Shown in pieces: positions 27,903 through 42,564 of a DNA stretch of 63,917 nt. Position 1 is the first letter of the stretch, and the number at the start of each line of letters is the position of its first letter. This stretch comes from Octopus bimaculoides. Taxonomy: Eukaryota. The position numbers were made by a program, and so were the translations under genes. The DNA lies in the NCBI RefSeq assembly GCF_001194135.2, contig NC_068984.1, forward strand, positions 40,949,019 to 41,012,935, read 5' to 3'. The notes beneath the pieces are model-generated. The model was given only the letters and a program-made list of their open reading frames with translations. It did no database searches and was not told the origin of the DNA.

Positions 27903-28220
27903 TATTATGCATTATTTTTTTCATAGTGATATTGTGATGCTCATGTTTTAACCAAGGTCATTATCCGTAGAAATAAAGTCTAAAATGGTAGGAGTTTGTT
28001 TTCAAAAGATGTTACTGTGAAGTAGTATTACTGAAATTAGATTGCAATAACTGTTCATTAAATGTTTATTTCACAACTTTTACAAGTTAAACAGTTTCCT
28101 GTATCCTTTAGTATATAGTTCCTGTTCTGTTTTTCTAACATTTATTGCTGGAGATTTTCTTACATAGTTGTAAACTGTACAATAACCAATGGCTGGTTGA
28201 AGAACTTGATTTCTATCTCT

Positions 28221-28258
<38 letters not shown>

Positions 28259-30403
28259 GAAAAGAAATTGATTTTTTTCTAGAAATGCTATGACACTTAA
28301 CTACAGGGGAAGCCTTGTAGGAAATTACTAGATGATATTGCCATGAATATGCCACATTTAAATCTAAACATCCTATCTTCAGCAGTGTGGCACTGCTAAT
28401 AACTAATAATTTCTCACATTGACATAAAATAGTATGAAAAAAAAGGGGAAGGTATAAACTATAAACTATTAAATCACTCCCAGTACCTCAGTGTTACTTC
28501 TTTTAACCCCACATCCTATCATATGGGGATGAAAAGCAAATCCTTCTCTGGCAAAAGTTGAGATAAAATGGTGAGAGGATTGAGACTAAATATTGTCACT
28601 CCTTTAGTCTACTATTCTGTCATTTCTGCTACTTCACCAATAATGTTTAATGGTTGTAGAGCAATACTTGCTCCTTAATTTTCCAAATTAAAATATTACC
28701 TGTGCTTTCATCTTTTGATTTCTCTTCTTTTTCATAAAGGGTACTGATAAGATAATTACCTAGTTGGTTTCAACAGTTATTAGCTCCTGTATAATACTGA
28801 CATCACACCAAGTTATTAAAGACCTTATTGGTTTGCAATGATCTCTTTTGTTTTGCTTTTGTTCTTATTATGACAGAACGTCTCACTTCATTTGTTTCTA
28901 TTCTCTATCATTACTTCTAAGAGTCAATATTTATGAACAGGAACAATATGTCTGAATTCCTTATATAAAATGCAATGTTGTTCACCGAGGCAGTAGTGCT
29001 AGTATTATTGATAAAATGTCTATAATACACCAACCAGGAAGAAATCAGTCTTTTATTTACTGAAGGCTTTAGAAACTGAAGATAATCACTGATCCATGAC
29101 CCTTAGAGACGTATAAAAAGACAGATAGATACATTGACAGACAGAGGGTTGTAAACGTTTGATAAAATGTTATGGTTGTTTCTCTTTAGAAAATGCTATT
29201 TTCTTTTGCACTGTATAATATGCATGTACAAAGGTAATAGTTTCTTTTGTTACGTTAATAATAATGATAATGAAGATCAATATTTATTGATACACAATTT
29301 CAAAGGCACCAACAGTTTCTATTGAATTACAAGTATCTCTATATATTAGTTTTTTTTCTTTATTTCTCTTTTCATATCTATGAAGAGATAAAATGATGCA
29401 ATTAAAGCTATTGATTATTTGTTAGTTAATGAGGTAACTATAACCTGGGACTTCACTTCCATACCTATCTTGTTTGTTTTTCTACATTTTATCTTGATGG
29501 TAAATTTTTAATTTTATTTTTTATTTAACAAATTTATTTCATCTTTCATTCATCTTTATTACTCCAACATTCTACTTCTCCTTCTTTTGGCATAAACGTC
29601 TCTGAACATTAAGAATTTTTACATTTTACATTATTCCTTTCATAAGAATCTGGTCATGCTACCTTATTATGTGTCCTTCATCTATGAATATTAATACAAA
29701 CAAATACATAAAAAATATCTATATTTTGCCCCTCACTTTTTTTTTTCTTTTTTGTATAGCATTCTGATTTTTCTATGGATTACTTGTAAAGTGACATGAT
29801 ATGCTTCTTCATGTGATATTTACAAAAAATATCTTGTTGAAATTGTTTTTGCTCTGAAGATCATAACCTGACAGTACCCATTCATTTAGAACAATTCTAC
29901 CCACTTTCTACTATTGATTATTGCATATATTATTGATTTGTGTGTGTGCATTACTCTAATTATAAGGGAAATATCATTGTTAACAGAAAATCGTCATAGT
30001 TATTGGAAGTTAATACTATTGAGATTAAAATGTGTTTCATAGTGCTGTAAGAATCATCTTCAGAATATATATTGATTTTTTTTTTATGAATGGTTATAGG
30101 GTTAGTCGTTGCTATGGAGAGGGAGTTGTTAATTGAATAAACCCTGGTAAAACACTGGTACTTATCGAACCAACAAGAGAGTTTCTATGAGATCACCAAC
30201 ATGCTTAAAGTAGCAGACAAATCTCTTTCAAATTACACCCTGCCATCTTCAGAATTGCTCTTGTAAAGATGGCACCTAGGATGATGTAATCCTAGATACA
30301 TTAAGTTCGATTAGAAGACAGTATGACCATGGCTTTGGTCATAGATCTGCTTAATCAGTGCTGTCAAGCGCTAAACTACAGCTGGTACTTAATGACACTT
30401 GGA

Positions 30404-30568
30404 CAGTGCTCTGCAACTTTTTTTTTTACTTGAGGTACACATATATTCTTTTCAAAATTTGGTGGCAAACCTGAACTAAAAATTTAACTGAAATACAGAG
30501 AAAAAGATTATATTCAGGTTACACTGCGGCACACTAGCGTGCTGTGGTATACCAATTGTGGAACACTG
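30404..30568. mobile_element. hAT-type MITE (degenerate)
   Basis: Ends CAGTGCTCTGCAA / TTGTGGAACACTG. The right flank is CTCTAGAG (Charlie target); the left flank does not match. Confidence 0.55.
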
Positions 30569-30958
30569 CTCTAGAGAAATGAAATGTTAAGCAAGTCAGT
30601 GAGGTTTAGACTCAAGATACAGAAGGGCAAGAACTAAACATTAATAGGTAGTTACTCCAAGCCTCTACCATTCTTACAACTTCACCTTTTAATATAGAAA
30701 AATTAGAAATAGGAATTTCTAACATATTTTGGAGAGTTAGCCTTCAAGTCAATCCTGTTACTTAAAATGTCATTGTGTTTTATCAACTCCAGAAGCATAA
30801 AACAAAAAGTCACCTCCAGTGGGATTTGAACTTTGAAAGTAAAGGGACATAACTAAATATTGTAAGGTTCTTTTTTTTTTTCCACAACTGTTTCCATTTT
30901 GCCAATCCACTACTCCTTAGTCAAATAATGTACATTTGCTCCATCTTTTAAAATACAG

Positions 30959-31001
<43 letters not shown>

Positions 31002-32627
31002 CACAGAAACCAGAGTTTATTTTATTATTAAACAAAACCTATTTACTTGTAGTTCCTAAATATACTCACTATTGCCTACAGAATGTCATAAATATGTATA
31101 TCGTTATATATAATTATTCATAATTATATAATTAGTAGGCCACTACAACTGAAACAAATTTTAAATGAATTTAGAGCATTTAGTTATTTTTCTTTTATTC
31201 AAAACAATAGTATAATCTTTTTCTGTTGTTTGTTTCTTATGTAAGAAAAATGTTTTTTTTTTTATGCATGACTCAGAAATGTTCCATAAAATCAAAATGT
31301 GTGAAAATGCCTGAAACTTTTTTGTATGTAAACAGTCTTGTTCATTAATTTTGTCCTAAGTAAAGTTCATTATGTCACTTTCTCAACTGTGTGTATTTCA
31401 TATGAAATATTTATAAATTTACTTCTCTTTCTCTCCCAATGAAAAAAATTAAATCTATATTGTTATCTAAAATATAACATTCTTCAAGCAAGTTTTTATT
31501 TACTATTCAATGCTTATTTGGAAGCATCACTCCACTTTATCTTAAGGACTTTAGTTCAATTTACTATTGAAAATTTCCTTTTAACGTATATTTGTTTTTA
31601 AAAAAAATACTTAATCAAATATTTTGGGGGTTCGTTTAGAATCTTATTCTAAGAACAGATAACTTCTGACAAAATGTGAAGTTAAGCTGTATTAGAGAAT
31701 ATTCGTAAAGGAAGTTTTACCTAATCTTCTTTGTAGAGACAAATGAAATTTTGTGTTTACTTATGTAAGATCACAATAGTCTCTAAAGAAAATAAAACTG
31801 TTTTTTTTTTTTTTGCTTTTTTGCAGTGAAAAATTTTATTTATGTGAAAATAATGACCTTTATTTTCTATATGCTATTTTAAAATCCTGTTGCTGGAAAA
31901 TCTGCACATACATTTTGAAAAAAGCTTCAAGTTTCTCATGACTCTTACAAAATACATAAATTTTCAAATACTGATTCATTGTCTCTAATACAACTGCTCT
32001 TCAAATACATATCCCCTGCATAGGTTGTTTTAATAATGTTAGGATAGACTGATAAATGGATAGCAACCTTGCAGGTTGAGGTATGAGTTCAGCAGCATAA
32101 ATGTACTTGGTTATATCTTTACTGTTTGTAATCTTTATTGCATGGAGTTATAAACTCAAAAAGAATCTAGTACTCAAAGCCACCAAACCAAATATCCTGT
32201 TTATGCTCTGTTATTATGAACATTATCTAAAGAATTATTTAGTTCATGGACATAAGTACAGTAATCTTATGGCCATATTGGCATTGTTACAGAAAACTGA
32301 TTAAAAATAGTTGTTTCTCCTTATTATGAATATTGTTTCTTTTTCAACATTTTCGTCAATGTGAACAAAATGTAAAAGGAATTTCTGCTGTGGAAAATAG
32401 AATTAGTCTTTAAATTGCTATGATTAAAGAAATGAAAATCACTAGTGTGCCAATATAGGTAGTGTTTCGGTTTCAGATAATCAATAAAACATCAAGATGA
32501 GAAAAGTTATATCATGCAGGCATTTTTTTTTTTTTTTTTTGGTAGTAGCTTGATAAAAATGGATGTTAAAAATAATATAAGTAAGAAATACATTTTTGGT
32601 GTGAAAGATATTGCAAAATATATGGAG

Positions 32628-33030
32628 CTTTCTTTATTGTTTAACAACCACATGGTTTCTGTTTCAGTCCCTACTACGTGGCACCTTGGGCAAGTATCTT
32701 CTACTATAGCCCTGATCTGATGAATGCCTTGTGAGTGAAGTTGGTAGATGGAAACTTTGTAGAAGCTCATTGTGTGCGTGTGGATAGATAGATAGATAGA
32801 TAGATAGATATGTATGCCTGTATTTGTCTCCCCACTTCCACCACTCAACAACCAGTGTTGGTTTGTTTATGTCCTTGTAACTTAGCAGTTCAGCGAAAGA
32901 GATCAATAGAATAAGCACCAGACTATAAAAAAAATTACTGGTGGGGGTTGGGGTCTGTCTGTTTGATTAAAAACCTTCAAGGGGGTGTCCTAGCATGGCT
33001 ACAGTCCAATGACTGAAACAAGTAAAAAGT
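32628..33030 (+). mobile_element. SINE family A with internal (GATA)n
   Basis: AACCACATGGTT...GGCACCTTGGGCAAGTATCTTCTACTATAG...CTAGCATGGCTACAGTCCAATGACTGAAACAAGTAAAA. Confidence 0.88.
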
Positions 33031-34914
33031 AGAAGATACTTAAACACTAAATACTTATTTCAAATAATAATGGAGCATTTAGAACGCTGAACTAAAAAAA
33101 AAAAACACCTGATACAGTTTTGTTTTGTAATATTGAGGTTATTGTCACTTGTAAATATTGTTTATGACCAGAAAATTCTGTAGTTTGTGATGACATTTGA
33201 GTCTATTGTTAGATAATAATATTGAGGTTAATAATTATGAAAAATTATTTCCTCTCCCAGAAACAGTATCATGAAAGTTTCTTGTTCCCTGACATTCTCT
33301 AAACCATTAATATTTTTAATATTTAATTTTTGCTGGAACCTGCTGTTTATGTACTCTATTTTACTTTTGAAAACTTTTTTTTTCTTTACATTTGCAATTC
33401 TTTGTCTTTATGTCTTTATTCTTTCTCTCTATCCAGCAGTGCACTTAGTTACATACAATACAGTCTCAACTTCCCTTTGACAATTTTTATAGTTTACTTA
33501 TGAGAAATGATGTTCATTTTTATCTTCAGTTGATTTATTTTGATTTTTTGAAAATTATAATAAATTTATTCAGCTGTTTGAATAAGTTCATAAAACTTTT
33601 GTCTTTTACATATCCAGTTTTATTATTGCCATTATCTTTATCAACATAACCAACATATCATTTTCATTGCTACTATAATGTAAAGAATCAAGTTCATAAT
33701 CTACAGCCCTCTGGCCCATTATAATGACAATGAGAAACCTTACAAACACTGCTCCCATTTTAAAGGATGGTTTCTATTACTGCTCAACACTTAACAAAAT
33801 ATTCAAGGTTGTTTATGCTATTGTTGACTCATTGCCATCTGATTCCATTGAATCTTTATCCTACTGCTAACTTTGCTTTCTTCCTATTTACTTCAGCAAG
33901 TGCCCTTTCCTTCTACACCATACAGTTCGTATCATGCATATATCTTTACAACTGTCACTCCTTATAACACCTCTTTCAATGATCTTAAGCTGATTTTACA
34001 GTTTTAGTTTTTTTTTTTTTTTTTTTTGACAGTCATATTTTTCAGTTGTGTGTGTCCTCTGTCTCCCAAAGATTTTTGAGAAATTCTTCCCTTAAATCAA
34101 CCTCTGTGTTCTGCTCTCTGGCACCTTCCTGACTTGGCACCTCCCACTTGGAGCTATGTTGTTATTTGGTCCCTTCCATTAAGGGGATAATTTAGTTGTT
34201 TAGTCCCACCCTCTTTTCTGATCTCTGGCTGAGAAACATCTCAGCCAGTGTGATAATTAGATGCCACTTTGATAAGTTCAGTATGAATGTGTCGAATTGT
34301 ACAATTATATGCTGACAGAGGGCANNNNNNNNNNNNNNNNNNNNNNNNNNNNNNNNNNNNNNNNNNNNNNNNNNNNNNNNNNNNNNNNNNNNNNNNNNNN
34401 NNNNNNNNNNNNNNNNNNNNNNNNNNNNNNNNNNNNNNNNNNNNNNNNNNNNNNNNNNNNNNNNNNNNNNNNNNNNNNNNNNNNNNNNNNNNNNNNNNNN
34501 NNNNNNNNNNNNNNNNNNNNNNNNNNNNNNNNNNNNNNNNNNNNNNNNNNNNNNNNNNNNNNNNNNNTATGTTGAATTTTACAAAGGTTGTTTACTACTA
34601 CTACTACTACTACTACTATTACTATTTTACAGGTTTCATTCATTGAGCACTGAAATCATTATTAATGACTATTTTTTAAATAAAGAAGTAAAATTATTGT
34701 TGATATTTCATTTTTTTTGTTCCTAGTAAATTTTTGTGAAAAGTATATTTATATATATGTCCTCATGCCGTTCTTGTTTCATTTTCATCATGAGAATTGT
34801 TAGTCATGTATCCACTTGATTTTTTATTTTTTATTTTCTTTTGTTCAGAAAAGAAATGATGTTAATTTTTTTTTTTTTTTAAATAGTTTTCATTAAATGA
34901 AACAAATAAAGTGT

Positions 34915-35415
34915 CAAGCTGGAAGCATTGTTAGAGCACCATGAAATATGCTTTGCAGAATTTCTTCTAGCTCTTCTGAGTTCAAATAACACCGAGGTCA
35001 ACTTTGCCTTTCATTCCACTGGGGGTCAATAAAATAAAGTACCCATCAAATATTGGAGTTGATGATATTGACTAACTCCTCCCTACCTAAAAATTACTGG
35101 CCTTTTGCCTAGGCCAGATACAAATTAAACCATTCAGAACTGTTTTTGAGTTTGTTTTCTTTGTTTTTCTAATTTAATTTTTATTTCACTAATTATAATA
35201 AGGCGGCAAGGTGGCAGAATCATTACTATGTCAGACAAAATACTTACTGATATTTCATGTCTTTACATTTTTGAGTTCAAAATTCTGCTAAGGTCAACTT
35301 TGCTTTTGAACCTTTCAGGCTTGATAAAATAAGTGCCAGTTGAACACTGGGGTTGATGTAGTGAAATAGCCCCTTCCCCTGAAATTGTTGGCCTTGTTCC
35401 AAATTTTGAAACAGT
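34915..35415 (+). mobile_element. Two tandem SINE family B copies (~34915-35115, ~35195-35415)
   Basis: Each has GAGTTCAAAT...GAGGTCAACTTTGC(C/T)TTT...GATAAAATAAGT.CCAG. Confidence 0.8.
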
Positions 35416-35444
35416 CAGTTATACACAAGAAAGTAATCTTTATC

Positions 35445-35790
35445 TTTATTCGTTACTCAATTAAGTCATTAGAGTGTGGCCATGCTAGGGCACCACCCTG
35501 AAGGTCAAGCTAATCAGTCCCAATACTTATTGTATTGTTTGCCAAACTACTAAGTTACAGAGGATGTAAACAAACCAACACCAGTTGTGAAGGGGGGGGA
35601 CAAACACTGATACAGATAGACACACTCATATATGTATATTTGTGATGGGCTTCCATGCAGTTTCCCTCAGCCAAATCCACTCACAATGCATTAGTCAGCC
35701 CTGGGTGATAGTGAAAGACACTTGCCCAAGGTGCAGCACAGTAGGACTGAGCCAGCAATCACATGGTTACCAAGCCTTTTTGTCTTTTCA
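35445..35790 (-). mobile_element. SINE family A (decayed)
   Basis: GACACTTGCCCAAGGTGC and TGTGGCCATGCT on the + strand. Confidence 0.8.
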
Positions 35791-35989
35791 TTTACACATT
35801 ACCACAATTTTAGAAAGAAGAGATATATCTAATTAAATCAACTCTATTTATTACTTGCCTGGTACCTCTTTAACCAATCCAAGAGGGATGAACAGCAGTT
35901 AGAGCATTAGTAAAGATTTTCACCTAAAAACAATCAACAAATAGAAAGCACACCGTTGTAATGTTAAATATACTAATATTCTGTTTAAA

Positions 35990-36190
35990 TAAGGCAGCAA
36001 GCTGGCTGAATCGTTAGCACGCCAGGCAAAATGCTTAGTGGCCTTTTGTCCATCTCTACATTCTGAGTTCAAATTCCACTGAGGTTGACTTTGCATTTCA
36101 TCCTTTCAGAGTCGACAAAATAAAGTACCAGTTGAACCCTAGGGTCGATGTAATTGACTTACCCCTCCTCCAAAATTGCTGGCCAGAATT
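35990..36190 (+). mobile_element. SINE family B
   Basis: AGGCAGCAAGCTGGCTGAATCGTTAGCACGCCAGGCAAAATGCTTAG...GGTCGATGTAATTGACTT. Confidence 0.88.
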
Positions 36191-36684
36191 TGAAATTAAT
36201 GTTCTATTTAAATGTCATAGTCAAGTAGTCAAGTTATATCCTATAACATTGGTGCTAATATTTTCTTAATCTTTGCACATATTATGTAGTTTGTTAGTAT
36301 TACTATTGAATTACTGTTTTTTTTTTAAAGTTGAATTGGATTAAAATTAGATTATTTTATATATTGTATGATAGTTTTAATCAAAAACAAGATCGCATTT
36401 CTTGTTATAGCTCTCTATAATCTTCTTGGTAGCTAATAGAGATGTTTTTGCTTAGCGCTGGGTCAGCCTTGATCAAGTAGACCTATAAAAAAAAAAGGCA
36501 TTCTGCCTAAGATATGAATGTCTTATTATTTTTGTATATATCAAGAACTATATTTTTCACTTTATAATCTTTTTATTTGAGACAGTTGAGTGTGATTTAA
36601 GGGAACTTAGCTGTCATTTTTAGCTAGTCAGTTGACTATATAGAGATTTCCCTCTGTGTTAGCTAATAGAGAAATACTATCTTT

Positions 36685-36985
36685 TATCTTTTACTTGTTT
36701 CAGTCATTGACCTGTGGCCATGTTGGACACCACCTTGAAGGGTTCAGTTGAACAGATCAACTTCCATATGACCTTAATTGTCAAGTGATGGTGCAGCACA
36801 TACACAAACAGACACATACACACAAACAATAAGCTTCCACACAGTTTCCATCTACCAAATTCATTCACAAGGCATTGGTCAGCTTGAGGTGTTATAGAAT
36901 ACACTTGCCCAAGTACTGCACACTGGAACTGAATCTGAAACCACATGGCGGCAATGCAAGCTTCTTAGTCACATAGCGATGCCTT
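36685..36985 (-). mobile_element. SINE family A (decayed)
   Basis: TACTTGTTTCAGTCATTGAC...ACACTTGCCCAAG...AAACCACATGG. Confidence 0.8.
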
Positions 36986-37831
36986 CTTTATTTAAGAGAG
37001 TAGGATATATTTCAAAGAACATTTAATTATTATTTCTAGCGCATCAGACAACCACATAGATGCTCCCTGGTTAGTTTGTTCCTGTTCAGTTTTGAGCAAT
37101 AAGTGAATGGCTGTTGTTCAATGATTTATTTCATGCTAAACTCTTCCCTCCCTCCAGGAGTCTATCTTATGAGCCAATAAAACATACAATACTGAATGAT
37201 ATTCACGTATTTTCATTTTGGGTGGTATTTTATATTTTGATTTTTATTTGTACTTTTAGATAAAACTAAGTGAATTTCCTACTCTGTTAAGTTAATGTTA
37301 GTTAATTTGTCAAAGTACCTGTAAAGTTTGGAAATTTGTAACAAGATCCCATAGCCCCTAGGTTAATTTAATTTATTCAAATAAGAAATGAAAAAAAAAA
37401 AAAGTTTCTTCACTCAAAAGCATTATTATTGAAGTTATGTATGGTGCCAGAGGACTGCTGGCTATATAGTCATAAGTTTGAACCTTACCATTACTACAAC
37501 ATTTGTGATGTCTTCCTCAAGTTGTCCCCATTTTGGGGAATGACTTCTATTCCACTTCTCATCTGAAATTAATTGAAGACCTGCATTACAAACATTGTAG
37601 TAGGAATGTTGTTCAAAATTGAACTAGGATGAGCCAATGAGGGAGCACCTATAGGTAACAGTAGGAAGGGCATCCAGCTGTAAAAGCAGTTATTGCAAAA
37701 TGGGAGTGTGTTGGGGAGGGAGGGAATATCTCACCATTGCTAGTATATAAAATGTACTTAAAACAATTTTTAAAAAAATATTTGCTCAGCAATTTTATTT
37801 GCATTTTTTACTGTATATATATATATATATA

Positions 37832-37886
<55 letters not shown>

Positions 37887-37913
37887 NNNNNNNNNNNNNN
37901 NNNNNNNNNNNNN

Positions 37914-37964
<51 letters not shown>

Positions 37965-38329
37965 CACACACAAATAAGTTGCTATTGGGAGAAGTTAGCA
38001 TCTGCTTTACTCATCAATGTACTGTCGACTGTATTATTACATCATAGCTTCTATAACTTTACTGAAGAGGTCACTTAGAGCATCTGTGCATTTCCTCTAA
38101 CCACTTTTCCACATACTATACACACACACACATTTAATCATTCAGTCATTCATCTAAGTACATTAAAAAATGAAATCTGAGGTAGGTAGTTATAATAAGA
38201 GTGCTCAATAAAACTAATGTCTGAGGTGGAACCAGACTCATGGCTAACTTAGTCTGTGACCATATTTTGAGTCCATCTCTACCATAGACATTTCTTGTTA
38301 TTTATTGTGCTAATATCTTTGGAAAAGAT

Positions 38330-38545
38330 AAGGTGGTAAGCTAGCAGAATTGTTACCATGCCGGGCAAAATACTTAGCCATATTTCGTCTGTCTTTACAT
38401 TCTAAGTTCAAATGCCACCGAGGTCGATATTACCTTTCATCCTTTTGAAGTCGATAAAATAAGTACCAGTTAAACACCTGGATTGATGTACTCAAATTGC
38501 CCCCCTCACCCAAAATTGCTGGCCTTGTGCCAAAATTTGAAATCA
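38330..38545 (+). mobile_element. SINE family B
   Basis: AGCTAGCAGAATTGTTACCATGCCGGGCAAAATACTTAG...GTCGATAAAATAAGTACCAG...GGCCTTGTGCCAAAATTTGAAA. Confidence 0.88.
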
Positions 38546-38944
38546 ATATCTTTGGAAAAGGCTTAAATCTCATAACTTCTATTCCATTTCTCGTCTGAAG
38601 TTAATTGAGGACTAACACTATAACTACAAACAAACGTTTTATGTTTGAATAAACTCAATTGCATGCAATAGATAAGCTTTAAACTTTAAGCTTATGCGTG
38701 TGTATGTTCATTTATAGCTTTCATATGTCCCCACGAAATAAAGTTATTAATTTCTTTTTTCTTTAATTAATGAACAGTTATAATAATTGTTTTGATTGAT
38801 ATCAACAAAATAGATGCACCAGGTTTTGAAACGATCTTTACAGATTAAATCTGTCAAATAGAACTAAAGTTATAAAAGTTGTAAAATTGTGTAAGGACTT
38901 CATAAAAACCCTGTATATGTGTCTGCATATACACACATACACTC

Positions 38945-38982
<38 letters not shown>

Positions 38983-39192
38983 GTGTGTGTATATATATAC
39001 ATATGCATATATGTGTGTGTATATATACACACATGCACACACACATACATACACACATATATACACGCACATACATATATTGGTATAGTCAATAATATGA
39101 ATTGACACGTTATTAATTCATACATGGACTGTAACAATATATGTTTGTATTTTACTTTGTAATCCTATTGATTACTCTGTTTTTTGTTCATG

Positions 39193-39223
<31 letters not shown>

Positions 39224-39729
39224 ATTACATAAAATCTTAGTATATTTCATATATGAACAATTTTATTTGTATGACAAATGGATCTCTTTGAACTAACTTA
39301 TATAGTGATATAGTTTGCTAAGCTCATTTCATAGGACAGAGTTAATGCCGTTTCTTTTAATGTGGTCTTTTTCTATTTTTTTTGTATATATTCATGCCCA
39401 TGCTTTTATGAGTTAATTTTGTTCTATCAAGCTACAGCTGTTACTTTAGTGACTATACTGAAATATGGATAGTAAGTAATAGCTTTATGTGAAGTGGAGC
39501 ATGTCTAACTAGAATGAAAAGTCATTCAACTATCTGCCCTTCACATCACCAAAGGAAAATAAAATCAACCAAGCTCACTTTTAATTAACTGTAACTTAGT
39601 ACTGAAATTTTGCTATAATTATTGAATGGTATTGGAAAGTCACATGGAACAGACACTAAATTTAATCTTTTTATTACTGTTATCATTATCATTATTATTA
39701 TTATTGTTATTATTATTTATATTATTATA

Positions 39730-40100
39730 ACTGAGGCAGCAAGCTGGCAGAATTGTTGGCAAGCCAGGCAAAATGCTTAGCTGCATTTCATCTGTCTTCA
39801 CATTCTGAGTTCAAATTCCACCGAGGTCAGCTTTGCCTTTCATCCTCTTGTGGTCAATGAAATAAGTACCAGCTGAGCATTGGGAGTCAATGTAATTGAT
39901 TAGACCCTTTTCCCTGACAAATTTCAGGCCTTATACTTTTAGTAAGATGGCAAGTTGGGTTATTAGTATTTCATCTGTTTTTATGTTCTGATTCTACCTA
40001 GGTTAACTTTGCCTTTCATCCTTTCAGGGTTAATAAAATAAAAGTACTGGACAAGTATTGGGATTGATGTAATCGATTACCCCCTCCCCCAAAATTTCAA
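39730..40100 (+). mobile_element. Two adjacent SINE family B copies
   Basis: The same diagnostic segments occur at ~39735-39930 and ~39950-40095. Confidence 0.8.
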
Positions 40101-40616
40101 ACCTATATTAGACATGCATACACATTGATATGTCTATTAGTACTTTTATTTTTTCCCTTCTACAACTTGCTTGTAAATATCTGATTTTTCCCTATTACCC
40201 CTTTTGTATTCTCCCTTATTGTATCTTATTTTAATTTACTTTATTTTATTAAACCTTTTTTGATGTCCTTCCAAAAATTCTTCACACTGATGAGAACGAC
40301 AATGCATAAATTTAATTATGATTTTTTCTTACATATTTGTATTGTCCTTTGAAGCACGCATATGTATTGAATCCTATTTTGTATTAAATCTAATTTTGAT
40401 GCAATATCTTTTTCTCCTCCATTTTTCTATAATTGTTTATGGTATATTTATGCCTATAACGATATTTTTCAACTACTATTTTTCACACTCTTACTACTTG
40501 TTCTGGCTGTTTTTTTATGAATATGATGCATCTTTATTAGAAATCATTCTTTCTCTCTTTTTGGACCTCTCAAAAAGTTTGAATTGTTCTTTTTTGAACT
40601 TGTTTTTTCCCACTTA

Positions 40617-40652
<36 letters not shown>

Positions 40653-41249
40653 GGTATTGTTTTAAAGTCTGTGCATTTTTTTTTATGCATACCATATTGA
40701 ATTATCATAATCATCATAGGACGTGGCTATGTTTCTGCAGCATATGGATAAGTAGTGCCCCTTAATGTGAATAGTGTATGTGTTTGGAAAGAAGTTAGGT
40801 CTTGAAACGATGTACTTGACATTAGTCAAAGTCATTTTTCTCCTGTGAATAGAATCTTCCTCACAACTATTGATGCCCTCTAAAAGATCTGTTTTCTACA
40901 GTTTCCTAGTACAGGTTATTTTAGGGACCCATTTTATTTACTCCATTACCCTTAGAAAGTGTATGACTATGGAAATAATGCTGTCAAAGTCCAGTTTGAA
41001 GTTGTGTTTATTTGAGAGAGAACAGTGTAGTTGATTTAACTGATTCCATTGGCCCCAGAAATATGAAGGGCAAAGTCAAGCTGTGCAGGATTTAAGCTCG
41101 GAACAAATCTAAATAAGTACTTACCATAAGGTATTTTAGTTAAGCATTCTACTGTTTCTCTGACCTGTGTACATGCTTGGAGAAATGCATTGTAGACAAA
41201 GTGATTCATTTTAACCCTTTAGCAAATAATAATGATAATAATAATAATC

Positions 41250-41355
41250 ATCATCATCGTTTAACGTCCGCTTTCCATGCTAGCATGGGTTGGACGATTT
41301 GACTGAGGACTGGTGAACCAGATGGCTACACCAGGCTCCAATCTGATTTGGCAGT
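41250..41355 (-). mobile_element. Short young RTE 3'-tail copy
   Basis: Near-identical to 4920-5030 and embedded in an (AAT)n tract. Confidence 0.9.
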
Positions 41356-41384
41356 GTTATTATAATAATAATAATAATCCTTTC

Positions 41385-41580
41385 TACTAGAGGCACAAAG
41401 CCTGAAATTTTGGGGGAGGGGACCTCGACCCCAGTGTTTCACGGATGCTTAATTCATTGATCTTGAAAGGAGGAAAGGTAAAGCTGGCCTCGGCTGAATT
41501 TAAACTCAGAGTGTAGCGGCCAACGAAATACTACTAAGCATTTGGCCTGGAGTGCTTACGATTATGCCAGCTCGCTGCTT
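41385..41580 (-). mobile_element. SINE family B
   Basis: The + strand shows GCACAAAGCCTGAAATTTTGGGG...AAATACTACTAAGCATT...GCCAGCTCGCTGC. Confidence 0.78.
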
Positions 41581-42513
41581 TAATCTTTGAATAAGGACAA
41601 CAACAACAATAATAATAACGATGATGATGATAATTTTGTTCTTGTGCCCTCCCCACACACACACAGACATGCACTCTAGTTTAAAATCAATAATTATATA
41701 GAAGTGTAGATAATTGAATGAGTTCCAGAATATTACTAGAATGTCTTATGTTTAACTTGTAGGAAAGACAAAGTTAACTTTGCTTAGATTCTATCTCAGA
41801 ACTAAATATTAGTGCAGTTCTTTTTTTAAAATTTTTTATGTTGAAATAATGAAATAATACTTGATGATTTTTAACTGCTTAAACTGCTCAGTAGATTCAT
41901 TAGCAAATTATTAATTAGTCTTTTTTTTTTTGCAATCTGTTGACAGAAACGTTAATATAGTTTCAATGTATGCATCAAATCTACCGTATATTATGACATT
42001 TAAATGTGAATTATGAACTTTTTCTCTAAATGTCACTTATTACAATAGTTGAGTGTAATGTCTAAAAACTAATCAATCTTATCAACGAGTATTTTAGGAA
42101 TACATCACACTGCAATATAAAAAAATTTAAGTAAAGGGAAAGAACTGTGTAGTAATATTTATTCATGCATTATTTCCCTTGTTCATTGTCTTCCTGCCTG
42201 TATTACGTTTTTCTTTAATTTTTCTTCTTCGGCTTCAAATCAAAAATACTCGTTATATAATTTCACACTTATATCTTTATATAGATAGATATATTTAAAT
42301 GATAGGTGCGTACCATGAATATCAGCTTAATGGGAACAATTCTCAAATTCCATAAATTTCCTAAATTGTGGAAGTGTTCGGAAAAATTTTTGTTTTGTTT
42401 TAATAAATACTTTATGGATTAAAAACAATGAATAATTTTTGCAGATTAATCTACAATACGTAATATACAAGTAAATATTTAAATTATCTCGTATTTGCCT
42501 CTTATTTATCGTT

Positions 42514-42515
<2 letters not shown>

Positions 42516-42564
<49 letters not shown>
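42516..42564 (+). repeat. (CT)n microsatellite at a gap edge
   Basis: Directly visible. Confidence 0.95.

Noticed and set aside
28101-28109. GTATCCTTT, a U12-type donor motif
   Set aside because: There is no exon upstream or matching branch site, and such a 9-mer is expected by chance. All nine PHAF1 donors found are U2-type.
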